From the human T2T-CHM13v2.0 reference genome, Homo sapiens: a stretch of DNA of 64,000 bases. Of the stretch, positions 1 to 14,299 are shown one piece after another. The notes beneath the pieces are model-generated. The model made no database searches and was not told the DNA's origin. It saw only the letters and a list, made by a program, of their open reading frames with translations. Both the position numbers and the translations under genes were made by a program. Each line of letters starts with the position of its first letter. Position 1 is the first letter of the stretch. The stretch lies in the NCBI RefSeq assembly GCF_009914755.1, contig NC_060942.1; one strand, 5' to 3'.

Positions 1-619
1 TGTCTCTACACCAACTACTCTGTGACAGAAAGTCTCTTGAATACTAAAGGGATCATAATACCGTGCCTAACTCACAAAAATGTTACAGAATCTAGTTATA
101 TAATAGATTGAAAAGTGTTTTAACACCATATGCACATGTGCATAATATGATCTTACTATTTAATGCTCATGTATGTGAGAGCTTGAAGTGGCATGACTGA
201 GGAAGTTGATTTTGAAGCCATTTGAAACAAAAAGTCATATAAAACAATATAGTAAACTGAAAAGAAAATAGATACTAAAAATTATGTACTGCTAGGCCAT
301 TTCAAGCAGTGATCTACAGTCTTTGAAAGGAAAACGTTTGCTCTCATTTTAATAGCAATAATAAAGTGTTCTGTGTCAGCCTAGCTTATGTTAGCCTTAG
401 CAGTACAGCAAAGCCAAGTTCTAAGCTTCTGATTTCTTCTTGGACCAATCCAGAAATGTGGGGTCATCCAGGTGGCTATATGGTGCCAGTAGTATATGCC
501 ATATCCTTCCAGGTGTCCTGGGCATTGGCATTCCATCTTTCTTAAAAAATACTTTGATCAAGTCTAAAACATTATTGTTTTTCATCAAGTCTAAAGCATC
601 ATTGAATATGACAATCAAC

Positions 620-1012
620 GTATTATTATTATACATAATAGACGTATATAATTTCAGAGTATGTGATAATACATTCATATAATTTGTAAAGATCAAATCA
701 GTGTAATTGGGATGTCCATCATCTTAAATATTTGTCTTTTCTCTATGCTAGAAACATTCAAATTATTCTTTCAACTATCTTCAAATATACAATAGATTAT
801 TGTAAAGTATAGTCACCCTACTCATCTATCAAACAGTAGGTCTTATTTAATCTATCAAACTGTACCCATCAATCAACTTCTTTTCATTTCCTCCTCTCCC
901 CTACTCTTCCTGGCCTCTGGTAACCACCAATCTATTCTCTATCTTCATGAGATCTACTTTTTTTCTTCTATATATGAGTGAGAACATGTAATATTTATCT
1001 TTCTGTGCCTCG
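620..1012 (-). mobile_element. L1MA-class 3' UTR fragment
   Basis: Typical antisense L1M 3' end text (ggtaaccaccaatctattctct..., tatatgagtgagaacatg). Confidence 0.75.
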
Positions 1013-1487
1013 CAACATTACTTTTTAATGTATCCTATGAAAGAAAGTTCTATTAAATTATGACATGCCATGGATTGTATAATACATGCCAATTTCAAGG
1101 ATTTTAAAAGGTAAAAAAAAGTTTGTCTTAGAATCAATGAATATAATAATTATTTTGTTAGCATAAAAGTAATGTATATTTGTTAAAAACCGGAAAAATA
1201 CTGAGTATTAGCTGAAATATGGTTGCAGGTAACAGAAAAGCTTGATTATGTAAGAAAAATGTGTGTAACTGAAAATCCAGAGGAAGAACAGAGGGTAGAG
1301 TTGATTTAATTCAGGAACTAATGGCTATCACAACAGCAGTTTCTTTCCATCTCCCTGCTATGTCTCCCATTGTGTCAGCCTTCTTGAGACAAGCTTCTTT
1401 CGTGGTATCTGTTCCAGGTTTCCCATCTGCACCCCCTACACTACAATGGAGACAGAAATTCTATCCTAGCATTTTAAGTAAAAAATC

Positions 1488-1790
<303 letters not shown>

Positions 1791-1970
1791 CTAAGTAAAA
1801 ATTGTAATATTCATCTGCTAAGGTCATCTAAGTCATCTCAGTTCACCTGAATTGTAACCGTTTTTAGGAAAGTGAAAATGTACATGAAATGTATAGGGAC
1901 CGAACAGGGAAAACTGAAAAATTTTCTTATTACTAAAAAAAAAAGAATGTAAAAATGAATGCTTGAAAAG

Positions 1971-2045
1971 TGTGATGGTTAATTTTACTAGTCAACTTGG
2001 CTAGGCAGTGGTGCCCAGTTGTTTGGCGTCAGCACCACAGGCCAA

Positions 2046-2077
<32 letters not shown>

Positions 2078-2145
2078 ACAACTACATATACAAAGAGAGA
2101 GACTGATTTATTTTTGACACACAAAAGCCAATAAAAATGTCTACT
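1971..2145 (+). mobile_element. MLT2-type LTR fragment with (CA)n
   Basis: tgtgatggttaatttt...gtcaacttggctagg is the MLT2 5' terminus. (CA)n at ~2046-2080. Confidence 0.6.
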
Positions 2146-2149
2146 AAAA

Positions 2150-2415
2150 CTTTGGGAGGCCAAGGCAGGTGGATCACCTGAGGTCAGGAGTTCGAGACCA
2201 GCCTGGCCAACATGGCAAAACCCTGTCTCTACAAAAATACAAAAATTATCTGGGCGTGATGGTGCGTGCCTGTAGTCCCAGCTACTCGGGAGGCTGAGGC
2301 AGGAGAATCGCTTGAACCCAGGAGGTGGGGGTTGCGGTAAGCCGAGATCGTGAGATTGTGACACTGCACTCCAGCCTGGGAGACACAGTAAGCTTCCGTA
2401 AAAAAAAAAAAAAAA
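2150..2415 (+). mobile_element. Alu, 5'-truncated
   Basis: Starts at ctttgggagg and ends in poly-A. Confidence 0.93.
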
Positions 2416-4485
2416 GGGAAAAGTATAAAAAGAAAAAAATAGAAATCCCCTATAATCAGGAATATCACCATTTTAAAATGTTTTATTCAACTTTATCTAT
2501 TTACTTACTTTTACATGTATGAAAACATATGGGAACTTACTTTACTCAAATGACATCACACTGCATATATCAGATTCAAAACCTTGGAATCTTGTTTTTG
2601 TCCCGTAATATATTAAAGTGATCATTTTTCCATGCCCCTAAGTATCTTTAACGTAAATACCTAAATATATTTAACTGCTGATTTTTTTCAGCAGCTACCA
2701 AATAATCCATCACATAACTGAACTACAATCTGTTTAACTAGTTGACTGTTTCTGGGCTTTTTGATGATTTCTTTTTCTTTAACTACACAGTGCTCTCTCC
2801 TGATTTGAAAAAGCCAGTCAGACACTGTTTCTGGAATCTGAGGTTTCTAGAAGCCAGGATCAAAAGTGTCGCACTTGGTTCCACTTCATGCAAGCTAGAG
2901 CTCATTATGAATAAAAGAGCATGTTGCTAACTTGGCCTTTAGCCAGAGTCTGACCTGGCATCAAAACATATCACTGTTCTGGAGATAATCACAAAGATCT
3001 GCAACCATCATAAAGGTTTCTGTGGCAGTGACATGGACTCCTGATCCCTGTTCCTATGTTGTCATTGCTATTATAAACATGCATTTGTATTAAACTAACA
3101 TAGTAATGTTTGTGACTTGTCTAAAATTTGTTTAATCTTGTAAGATTCTTGTAAGAAAGAAAATCAACAAAGAAAATAAAAGGAAAGGAGGAGTTATGAA
3201 TATACCTGTTTGGTATCTCAGTAAGAACATATTTTGTATTCTATATTTACTCATACTCCCAGTTATGAGACAAAACTAAATGTGTGCTTGTGAGTGATGA
3301 ACAGAATGGATGTTCTTGGAGAACAAAGGAAACACATGGTAGCATGTGAGTGTTCCTCCAAAGCACAGTTGATTTGGGAGTTTCAGGGCCCAACTCTCCC
3401 ATCACTGCAGATATTGTTCTCTATCCATTATCCTCATTTACAGAAATCCTGATCCATATCCCCAGAGCCAACATATAGCTCACAGCAGCTAGATTTCTCT
3501 GAGACAATTAAGTGGCTTTTTTCCCAGTTGCTCTTCCCAGAATTTAGACGGGAGAAAAACATTTTGTGAAATGTTAATACTCTAATGGCAAGAATTAATT
3601 TGTGGATGTGGTTAAATGCTATCTTAGCAACGCCTTGAAATGTAGCGTATGATTAGCACTTCACCGGTACAGATATTCATTGCCTTTAAGAAATTCATTT
3701 TAATGTCTCTTGTTCTATTATTGTTATGTACTGCATTTTATGCCTTCCTTTTAAATCTTATTTTCCATATTCTAAAGAAAACTCTTTCTTACGAATGATG
3801 CATTTTACTTTTCAGACTAATCTTAACTTTCCTACCTCTTGTTTGGAGACTCATATAAGATGTTTATTGTCTTCAGGATGTCTGTTAGCTAAAAGAAGCT
3901 TAGAAGGACATTTTCTCCTACATGCTGAATGACTGAAACTTGTATGTGTGAAAGTTACTATCTTACAATAAATTTATATTACATAGTGTTTCTAAAAAAC
4001 AGAGTCACTAAATTACGGAGAAATAATACAACGTGGTAAAGATGATTTGGATTAAAACAACAGGAAAAAAATTCAAATCAGGATATATTTATGAATCTAT
4101 TCTTTTATTTATTTATGTATTCATTTGTTCATTCAAAAGTATTTAATTATCATCTGTCATATCTCAGACACAGTTCTACGCCCTGGAGACAGACCAGTAA
4201 ACTAAAAGACAAAAATTCTTGTCATCTTGGGCCCCATATTCTAGTGGAGAAAGAGACATTCCTACACTAAAATAAATTCCAATTTTATAAGGAAATCACA
4301 GCATAAGTGCTGGAAATTTTAAATAATAAAATGCCACAAAACATAAGAAAATTCCAAATTTAAATAAATATATATTTGGCATAAAACCATATTTATGAGA
4401 TAAATATTAGAAATAAAATTGTATGAAGCCTGAAATTATACTGGTAAATTATCTGCAAGTGCTTAGTAAGTATAAGGGAAAAGCA

Positions 4486-5387
4486 AACACTTTCTCTTCT
4501 CTTACAAAGTTGACTCTCTCACAATTTTGGTTACCAAAATGTTGGGGAGTGGGCTTCTCCACACACCAAGCAATTCTCCAGCAGACTCCAACTGGATGTC
4601 CTACAATTTAACTCAATTCTCACACTACCTACCTAGAAATAGCATCAGATCCCACAGGTTAAGGGCTCACTCCAACAAAACTACCCCCAACTGGAAATGC
4701 CAATCACAAATCTAGGCCTCCACAATTTCTGAACAACCATCTATAAATTGGAAGTTCCCACAACCCCCTCCTTGAGTTTGATTAATTTGCTAAAATGGTT
4801 CATAGAACTCAAGAAAGCAGATTACTTCCATTTACCAGTTTATTACAAAGTATATTAGAAAGGATACAGATGGACAGCAAGATGGCAGTGATGCACAGGG
4901 CAAGGTACGTGGGAGGGGCGCAGAGCTGCCATGCCCTCTCTGAGCAAGCTATCCTCCCAGCACCTCCACGTGTTCAGCAGCCCAGAGTTCTCTGAACCAT
5001 GCAGTTCAGGGATTTTTGTGGAGTCTTCATCATATAGGCATGACCAATTATTACCTCAATCTCCAGGCCCTTTCTCCTTCCTGGAGCATGAGGGAAGAAC
5101 TGAAAGTTCCAATCTTCTAATCATAGCTTGGTCTTTCTGGTGACCAGCTTCCGTCTAGGAGCCCACAGAAAGTTGCCTCGTTAGAACAAAAAATGTTCCT
5201 ATCTCCCAGGAAACTCCAAGGGATTAGGACCTCTGTGTCAGGAGCCAGGGCCCAAGACCAAACATCAGCACAAAAGATGCACCTAGCACCACTATCACTC
5301 AGGAAATTAAAAGGGTTTGAGGAATACTGTGCCAGGAACCAAGGCACAGACCAAATATATATTTCTTATTACATCACAATATGACAG
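4486..5387 (-). mobile_element. MER21-family LTR
   Basis: MER21-like text (cacacaccaagcaattctccagcagac..., gcatcagatcccacaggttaagggctca) ending atcacaatatgaca. Confidence 0.7.
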
Positions 5388-5550
5388 TAAGAAATTTGTA
5401 GAAATGGCATGGCTTGAAAGGCATTGTCATAACTCAACAAGAACATTCTTTGACAGGTTGTTCAATAAACAATATGGAGAGGATGGAGAGTTAAAGAGGA
5501 ATCGTGCTATGGTTTTACAATGCTCATGGTTCCGTAAGAAGGAAAGGCAG

Positions 5551-5840
5551 GGTCAGGTGCAGTGGCTCATGCCTGTAATCCCAGCAGTTTGGGAGGCCGA
5601 GGCACGTGGATCACTTGAGGTCAGGAGTTCGAAACCAGCCTGGCCAACATAGGGAAACCGCATCTCTACTAAAAATAGAAAAATAAGCTGAGTGTGGTGG
5701 TGCATGCCTGTAATCCTGTCTACTCGGGAGGTTGAGGCAGAAGAATCATTTGAACCCGGGAGGTGGAGGTTGCAGTAAGTCAACATTGTGCCACTGTACT
5801 CCAGCCTGGGTGACAGAGTGAGACTCTGTCTCAAAAAAAA
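5551..5840 (+). mobile_element. Alu (AluS)
   Basis: Full dimer with A tail. Confidence 0.95.
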
Positions 5841-6329
5841 GAAGGAAAGGCAAGATCAGAAAAATCATTATTTCTATAGCACAATGAAGGAAAATAAATG
5901 ACCCATTTGCACAAGGTTTTAGGTGATGCAAGAAAGAGAGACTATCTTACAATACACTGCAGTCTGGAGAACCCTTGAGGAATAACAAAATAGTGAACAT
6001 GGAAAACCAGAAAAGAATTACATACTTTTAAAGAGGTCATTAGAGTGCAAAACTAGCCTAAATGTCCACTTAAAATTCTAACATTGTCTGTTTGGTAATG
6101 ATGTATTGCCATTACCATTATACAATGCAGTAGTTGATTCTTAATCATTTTCATTATAAATAATTATAAATGTTAAGCTGTTACATTAATTTGTCTTTAA
6201 AGGAAGGGCTATTTTTTAAGATCAGCTGTTGTAGAAAGGGCTACAGATTGAGAAATAAAAGCTACTGCAAAATCTGTGTCTTTAAGCTCTCCTGAGCTTA
6301 AGATTTTTATTTAAACCACCCATTAGACA

Positions 6330-6469
6330 TCTTTCCAGAATCCCTTAGGGACCTCTGACTTGACATGTCCGAAAGTGAACTCAGTATCATGCTTGATATC
6401 CCATTTCATCATCTCTACTAACAGTTCTACCATCCACTTAGACTGGCTAGCTACAAACCTGGAAATAAC

Positions 6470-6511
<42 letters not shown>

Positions 6512-6809
6512 TACACACACATTCTCTCTCTCTCTCACACACACACACATACACACACACACTCTCTCTCTCACTCTCTCTCTTACTGAAGATCACATGT
6601 TTGGTGATCTCTCCTCTCTATCATCATTATCACTGTTTTAGGCCAGGTCCTCATCGGTTTTCATCTGGATCACGATACTTGCCCTCTGGCTGATCTTCTA
6701 GACTCCAGTCTCTCGTCATCTGTTTCATCCTGTGGCTGAAGTCATCTTCCTAAAAACAAACCAGATCATAGACACCATTTCCCTAATACCGTTTTTGGTT
6801 TTCCTTCTG

Positions 6810-6820
<11 letters not shown>
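6330..6820 (-). mobile_element. L2 fragment containing a compound (TC)n(CA)n microsatellite (6471-6582)
   Basis: L2-like degenerate text (ttgacatgtccgaaagtgaactc, tcatctggatcac, aaaccagatcat). Confidence 0.6.
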
Positions 6821-7872
<1,052 letters not shown>

Positions 7873-10482
7873 GCTAATGTATTACATTCAAATATCTCAG
7901 CTGGACATGCAAGGACTTTCCTGGTCACCCTGAGCAATCTCTCAATTCCTCAAAGCCTACTCATCAGCCACGTTGAACATTTCATCATCCTCGAATCTGG
8001 TTATAGCTTTGTCTTTCACATTTTCTATCTAGAATACTCTTACCCACACACTGCCTTATCCAAAAACATCTTCACCTAGTACACTCTTCTTCATCCTTCA
8101 AGACATGCACAAATTAGAGCACTTTGATGTTCTTTCTGCCTGCCCAGTGTTCTGGGCACTCTGTTCACACCTTTTAATGCCCCTTGAGCCACACTATGGA
8201 CACATATGTCTCTCCCTATGCTGGAAGCCCCTTGGAGCCAAAGACCATTTGAGTAATCACAGAGCCTAACACAGAGACTTCCCAATAGACAGCACCACAA
8301 AAAATATTTTCGGGATATTACAACTTAGAAAGATTGAGCAATTTTAAATATAAAAAGCAAAGAACAGCAAATATTTGTTGAAGAATTGAAGACCAAGAGG
8401 AAAAAGCTTCTGAGAAGAGTCAAGGAATCAATTCCCTGTTATTCTTACACTGGCTGACCAATTCATAGATAGGATATAAGGGAGCTGCAAAGAAGGTGCA
8501 ACTGGCAAGGTAAGGTTTAATTAATCAAGAATAGCTTTTGATTCAACAAAAACTGGCTGCATTGTCTTCCAGAAGATCCCACGATGAGATGGTGGTGACC
8601 CCAGTGATCCCTAGAAAGCATTGTACTCCATAGAGCTGCAACAGAAAACTAGAAATTCCATCTCAGCCTCAGAGACTGAGGGGGACTGAAAAGATAGCTT
8701 TACCTTCTAAGAGATAATTACTAATTAATAAATTAATTAAATCTATTGCCTTCAAAATGTATAGAACTGATTACCTTCAGCTACACCTGTTCCAAGCAGC
8801 ATATTAAAAAAATATATCCAACTTATTTCTTTGCATGTGAGTTTATTTTCAGTGTGACATAAAATCATAAACATTTCTATCACACGATGGTTTTGCATGA
8901 GCCCAGGTTAAAATTTTTCTCCTTTTGATGTACGTTAAACATAGCTTATAATATACATCCCAATGTGTATCATATAATAATTTTGCTTTTCCATTCTATG
9001 TTATCTTATGGAGGCAGCAGTTTTTGCCAGTGGTCATAGCCAGAAATTAGGACATGGGTGAGTCATTTAAGCTTTCTCCTGAACTTCACTTATAAAATGA
9101 TGACACTTTTTAGTTGACTCACAAATACTCCTAAGAGCCCACAGAGTTCTTTGAAGGTGGTATTATTTTTTATTGCAACACTTACTCCATGAATAAACGC
9201 TAGAGTCATCATAAAGCAGTGATCCCTGCAAGCTGTCATTTCATGCCACCTTTGCTACTCATCTTAATAAACACTATCATATCTTGGTAATGAACACTTC
9301 CATCTCAGTTTCACAGGGTATTGCTGATATATTTATAAGTAATTCACTGTAGCATATTTCTTGAAGTTAAGATTTATATTTAAAGCAATATTACAACTTA
9401 GCAAGGACTCAGAGGCAAAAATTAATTATATAAAATAAAAATAATTTTAGTAAACAGCTTAAAACATTAATTGATAAACTTTGCCTCTCCTTTGTAGTCC
9501 CTTGTGCTAGATATTTTTGGAAATGTGTGATTGATTGAAATTCTCAGAATATCAGCTTTGGGAAGATGCTCATATTATATAAAAATATTTAATTGGTAAC
9601 AGTCTTATAAAGAAGTAAATGTTTTAAAAGGAGAGTAGATGTCACTGATGGATGTGGGCAAAGACAACGTAAAACTGTTGAGATCAAGAACACTATTCAG
9701 TGCCCAGAAACACATTACAATATCCTAGATCTGCATAGCACTTCAGAGCTTACAGCATCCATCAGTCCTTTATCTCTTTTAAGCACATGAAGTGTTGGGA
9801 GATGCAGGAAGCAAGTTTAGTTGACATAATCTCTGCCCTTTGGAGAAAGAAACCCAAAACTTATTGAAAAGCATGATTTTATTTTTCTCACATTGATATC
9901 AGTGTTTTTTCCCTTTGTTTATGAACTGAATTTTACTCACAAAGCTTTATTTCAACATTCCCACGAACATGACAAGTAAATTATTTGGTAACGCATAAGC
10001 AGATAATCATGGGAAAAACATAGGACAATTTGATACCACTAAAATATTTCATTTATACACATACCTTCACTCCTCAAGGAGAGAATGACCAACAATGTCA
10101 TCAAAATTAGCAAATTTATTTGTGTTAATGTAACCTTACTTACCTAATGGTTGGTGTGTTCCCTAGGGTATCATACAGATGATCTTTCCTGAATGCTGTG
10201 TCACAGAAGAGTTTGGATGATCAAACTGCACTCTAACCTGGAGTAGACTAACCTTGGCTAAATCATAAGATAACCCTGGCAGGCAGAGAGAGAGAATTTG
10301 TCACCTTTAAGTGTTTTTCTACATAATATTGTATAATGATAACAACAACATTAATGTTTCCCAAAGACTCTACATGTAACAGAGTACCTTCCTTGAACTG
10401 GTAACCTGTTGCTTATCCTCTACTATAGCTAGACTATTTTCAGTCTAGCTTTATCCCTAACCCTCCTATGCGAAATGGATCC

Positions 10483-10863
10483 CTGTGGCAGGCATTACTC
10501 AGAATCACCAAGATTCCTAGAAAGTACGATCTAGAATCTTGGTGATTCCTAGAAACATAAACATAGCCCTTAAAGTTAGGCAATGACCATGTGACTTTCC
10601 TTGACAAGAGAAATGTGAGAAGTGACCTGTATCACTTCTGGATGAAAGCACTTGAGGTTTGGTGTGCAGTTCTCCACATCCTTCCTCTGCCATGGTGCTC
10701 ATGGAAATGTCACAGGAATGAAGGTGGCTAGAACAATGAGTCACTGTGATAGCAGCACTGGAAATTTTGCATGAGAAGGAAATTTACTTTTGTTGTATTA
10801 AGCCACTGATATTTTGATGGCATTTGTTACAGCAGCATAATTTAGCCTACCCTGACTGATACA
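10483..10863 (+). mobile_element. MLT1 (MaLR) LTR, MLT1J-like
   Basis: Starts tgtggcag and has the MLT1 3' end taagccactga...ttgttacagcagcata...ctgactgataca. Confidence 0.7.
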
Positions 10864-11179
10864 ATCTCTCACTAGCTCAGTCACCATTTATGTAGCATCC
10901 CACAACTGCATATGTGACTGTTACACCAGTAGGTAGTATATACATATACATGAGTTGACTCCAGTCACTGTTGAGAGCAATGTCTCAAATAAATACCTAG
11001 GAGCAGCAGGAAGGTAGTTGGGATAAATCACACTGGGTTCCACACCATTGCCAGGTCCCTGGATTAGCACTGAGGGCTCCCCACTGCAAATAACCATCTT
11101 GATTTATCACCAAGGAGGTATCAGTTTTATGGGAGGAGAAAGGGGTTTAATTTAGAACACACTAAAATCTAGTGGGTAG

Positions 11180-12630
11180 CCACATTGACAAATGGAATAG
11201 AATAGAGAACACAGAAATAAAGCAACATATTTATAGCCAACTGATCTTTGAAAAAGCTGACAAGAACTTACACTGGGAAAGGTCACCCTCTTAAATTAAT
11301 GGTGCTGAGAAAATTGGATAGCCACATGCAGAAGAGTGAAACTGGACCCCCTATCTCTCAACATATACAAAAATAAACTAAAAATGGATTAAAAACTTAA
11401 AGGTAAGACACCAAATTACAAAAATACTAGAAGAAAATTAGGGAAAACTCTCCTAGACATTGGTCTAGGTAAAGAATTTATAACTAAGACCTCAATAACA
11501 CAGACAACAGAAACAAAAATAGACAAATGTAATTTAATTAAGCTAAAAAATTTCTGCACAGCAAAAGAAATAACAAAATGAAAAGACAACCTGTTGAATG
11601 AGAGAAAATATTTGCCAAATATTCATATAACGGGGACTAATATCTAGAATACATAAGGAACTCAAACAACTCAACAGGAAAAAACAACCCATTAAAAAGT
11701 GGGCAAAGGACATCAGTAGACCTTTCTCAAAAGAAGACTACAAATAACCAACAGGCTTATGGAAAAAATGTCCAACATTATTAATAATCAAAGAAACTCA
11801 TATCAAAACCACAATGAGATATCATCCATCATACCCCAGCCAGAATGGCTATTATTAAAGAGACAAAAAAATAACAAATGTTGGCTGGGATGTGCAGAAG
11901 AGAACTCTTTAATACACTGTTAGTGGGAATATAAAGTTGTATAGCCACTGTATAAAACAGCATGGCAATTTCTCAAGAAAACTATAAATAGGATTACCAT
12001 CTGATCCAGCAATCCTGCTATTGGGCATCTACCCAAAGGAAAATACATCAATATATCAGAGATACCTGAACTGCCATGTTTATTGCAGCACTATTCACAA
12101 TTTCAAAGATAGGGAATCAACATAAGTATCTATCAACAGATGAAAAGATAAAGAAAATGTAGTGTATATACAGAATGGAATATGATTCATCCCTAAAAAA
12201 GAATGAAATTGTGTTATTTGCAGCAAATGGATGAAACTGGAGATTATCATAAGTGAAATAAGCCAGGCACAAAATGATGTAGTATGTTCTCACATATTGT
12301 GGGAGCTAAGAAATCTGAACACATGGAAGTAGAGAGTGGAAATACAGACAAAGAAACTGAGTAGTGTGAGTGTAGTGAGGGGGAGGAGGATGAAGAGAAG
12401 GAGGTTAAAGTGTACAAACATAGAGTAAGAGAGAAAGAGTAAATTTAATGTGTGATAGGGAATAAGATGACTATGCTTAAAAATATATATACATATTATA
12501 CTCAGGTGATGGACACTGTAAATACCCTGACTTGGTCACTATCCATTATATACCTGGGAAAATCTTTCGGGTACCCCATACATTTACACAAATAAAAATA
12601 TAGTTCAAGTGGAAAAATAAATAAAATTTT
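11180..12630 (+). mobile_element. L1 (L1MA-class) ORF2 3' part and 3' UTR
   Basis: Decayed ORF2 C-terminal sequence (aactgatctttga, ttctgcacagcaaaagaaa, aaaaccacaatgagatat) followed by a 3' UTR and A-rich end. Confidence 0.9.
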
Positions 12631-13369
12631 AAAAGCTCGTGAAAATGGAAATTCCTAGCAACTAAGGGAAAGGCAGAAATAAGGCTTGCAAATGGGTTAA
12701 GAATGTGGGTACGGATTCAGAAGTAATCCGCTCACACTTGAAAGATGAACATAAGACACACATAAAATTTCTAAAGAAAATGGCATAGTGGGAAAAAAGG
12801 CAAGAAATTAGTCTGAGGAAACACTCATATTTGGAGGACAGAGAGAGAAGGAGAAGTAAGGAAGGAAGATATGAGAACTATGATGACAACAGCCATTCAT
12901 TTTGAGAGCTAAGAATACCATATCTTCATTAATAAATTCATTTAAATTTAAATTTCAAGGTTTTTAACTGAGGATAAAAAATGTACTAAACCTTAACAAT
13001 CCATGTACTGTCTCAGATATTAAAATAGATTACCCATGTGACAAGCAGCTGGACATTATCTGTAATAGAAAGCAAAATGATTTTTTAATTCAATGTCTCA
13101 GAACTAATTTATCATGATTTAAAGGAGAAGCAGAACTTTTTGAACACATACGATCTGTTCCACATTAGAGTCATTTATTTATTCATCAAACTTATCCTAT
13201 ACATCTGGCACATGCTAGGCACTACAGGGCACAGTCCTTGTTCTTGGGCAGGCTACCTCACCCTTGTGCCCATTTCACACATTGCTCCCCCTGCAGCCAT
13301 GCTGCACTTGGTGCCAGCTTTCCCCCTGCAAGGATGACCTCTACAGTGACTTAGCTAGCATTTTCTGAA

Positions 13370-13570
13370 CCCTAGGTATGTGTGCCAGGCACTACACTAA
13401 GTGCCTTATATGGACTTTCTCACTTAATCTTCAAGACAACCCTATGAGGTGGAAATTAGTATCATCCCTATTTTACAGTATGTGAGGCTTAAATGTTGAG
13501 AAACTTGCCTAAGATCATATAGCTTGCAAGTGGTGTAGTCAGGACTCAAAATAGGCTGGCTAATGCCAAA
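13370..13570 (-). mobile_element. MIR
   Basis: tgtgccaggcact...caaccctatgagg...cctattttacag MIR core. Confidence 0.75.
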
Positions 13571-13589
13571 GCGGCGATCAACACCTCTC

Positions 13590-13740
13590 TACTGAAAGTG
13601 TGGTCCTCAAACTAGCAGCAATGCCATTAACTGGGAGTTTGCTAGAAATGCAGAATCTCAGGCCTAACTCTCGACACGCTCAAATTTGGCTTCAACAATA
13701 TCCCCAGGTGATCCCTCTTAAACTTTGAGAAGCACTGTGC
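13590..13740. mobile_element. MER5A DNA transposon
   Basis: aaagtgtggtcc...gctagaaatgcagaatctcagg...tttgagaagcactg. Confidence 0.7.
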
Positions 13741-14299
13741 TAAATCACTCCACTACGAAGACTTGGCTTTAACGAACGCTGGGGGAGACATGGACAATCT
13801 TTCCCCTGAGTAGCAATGTGTAGGGCACAGGAGGGAAGGTATATAATGCGTTTTCCAAGGGCTAACAGAAGGATTCAGACAAATCCTTGCTGTTTCAAAC
13901 ACTAGAGATCACTGCGATCAGCACCGGTCGGGACCACTTCCAAAAGCAGCAGATCTTGAGCTGGGTCTTGAAGCCAGAACATTTTCTCATTTCATTAAAA
14001 ATAGCTGCTGTTCCAAATGGACAAGCGCCCACATCAGTAGACTTCTGGAGTTCGCTTCTCCAGCCTGCACTCCATTTTCCAAATAGAACCCAAATATCAA
14101 CAGCATCAACAAGCAGATTTGAAACCCCCCAAAAACACGCTATTATTAAATTGTTAATTGTATTAGAATTGCCTAGTTTAATTAGTAATATTCATGACAA
14201 AACTAGTTTGCCCCTTATCATCAATCGTGCTCCAGGTAGGAGTACAAACACTGGGTGTAAAAAGCAGATGCACCCCAGTTGGTGTGCAAGCCCCCGTTT

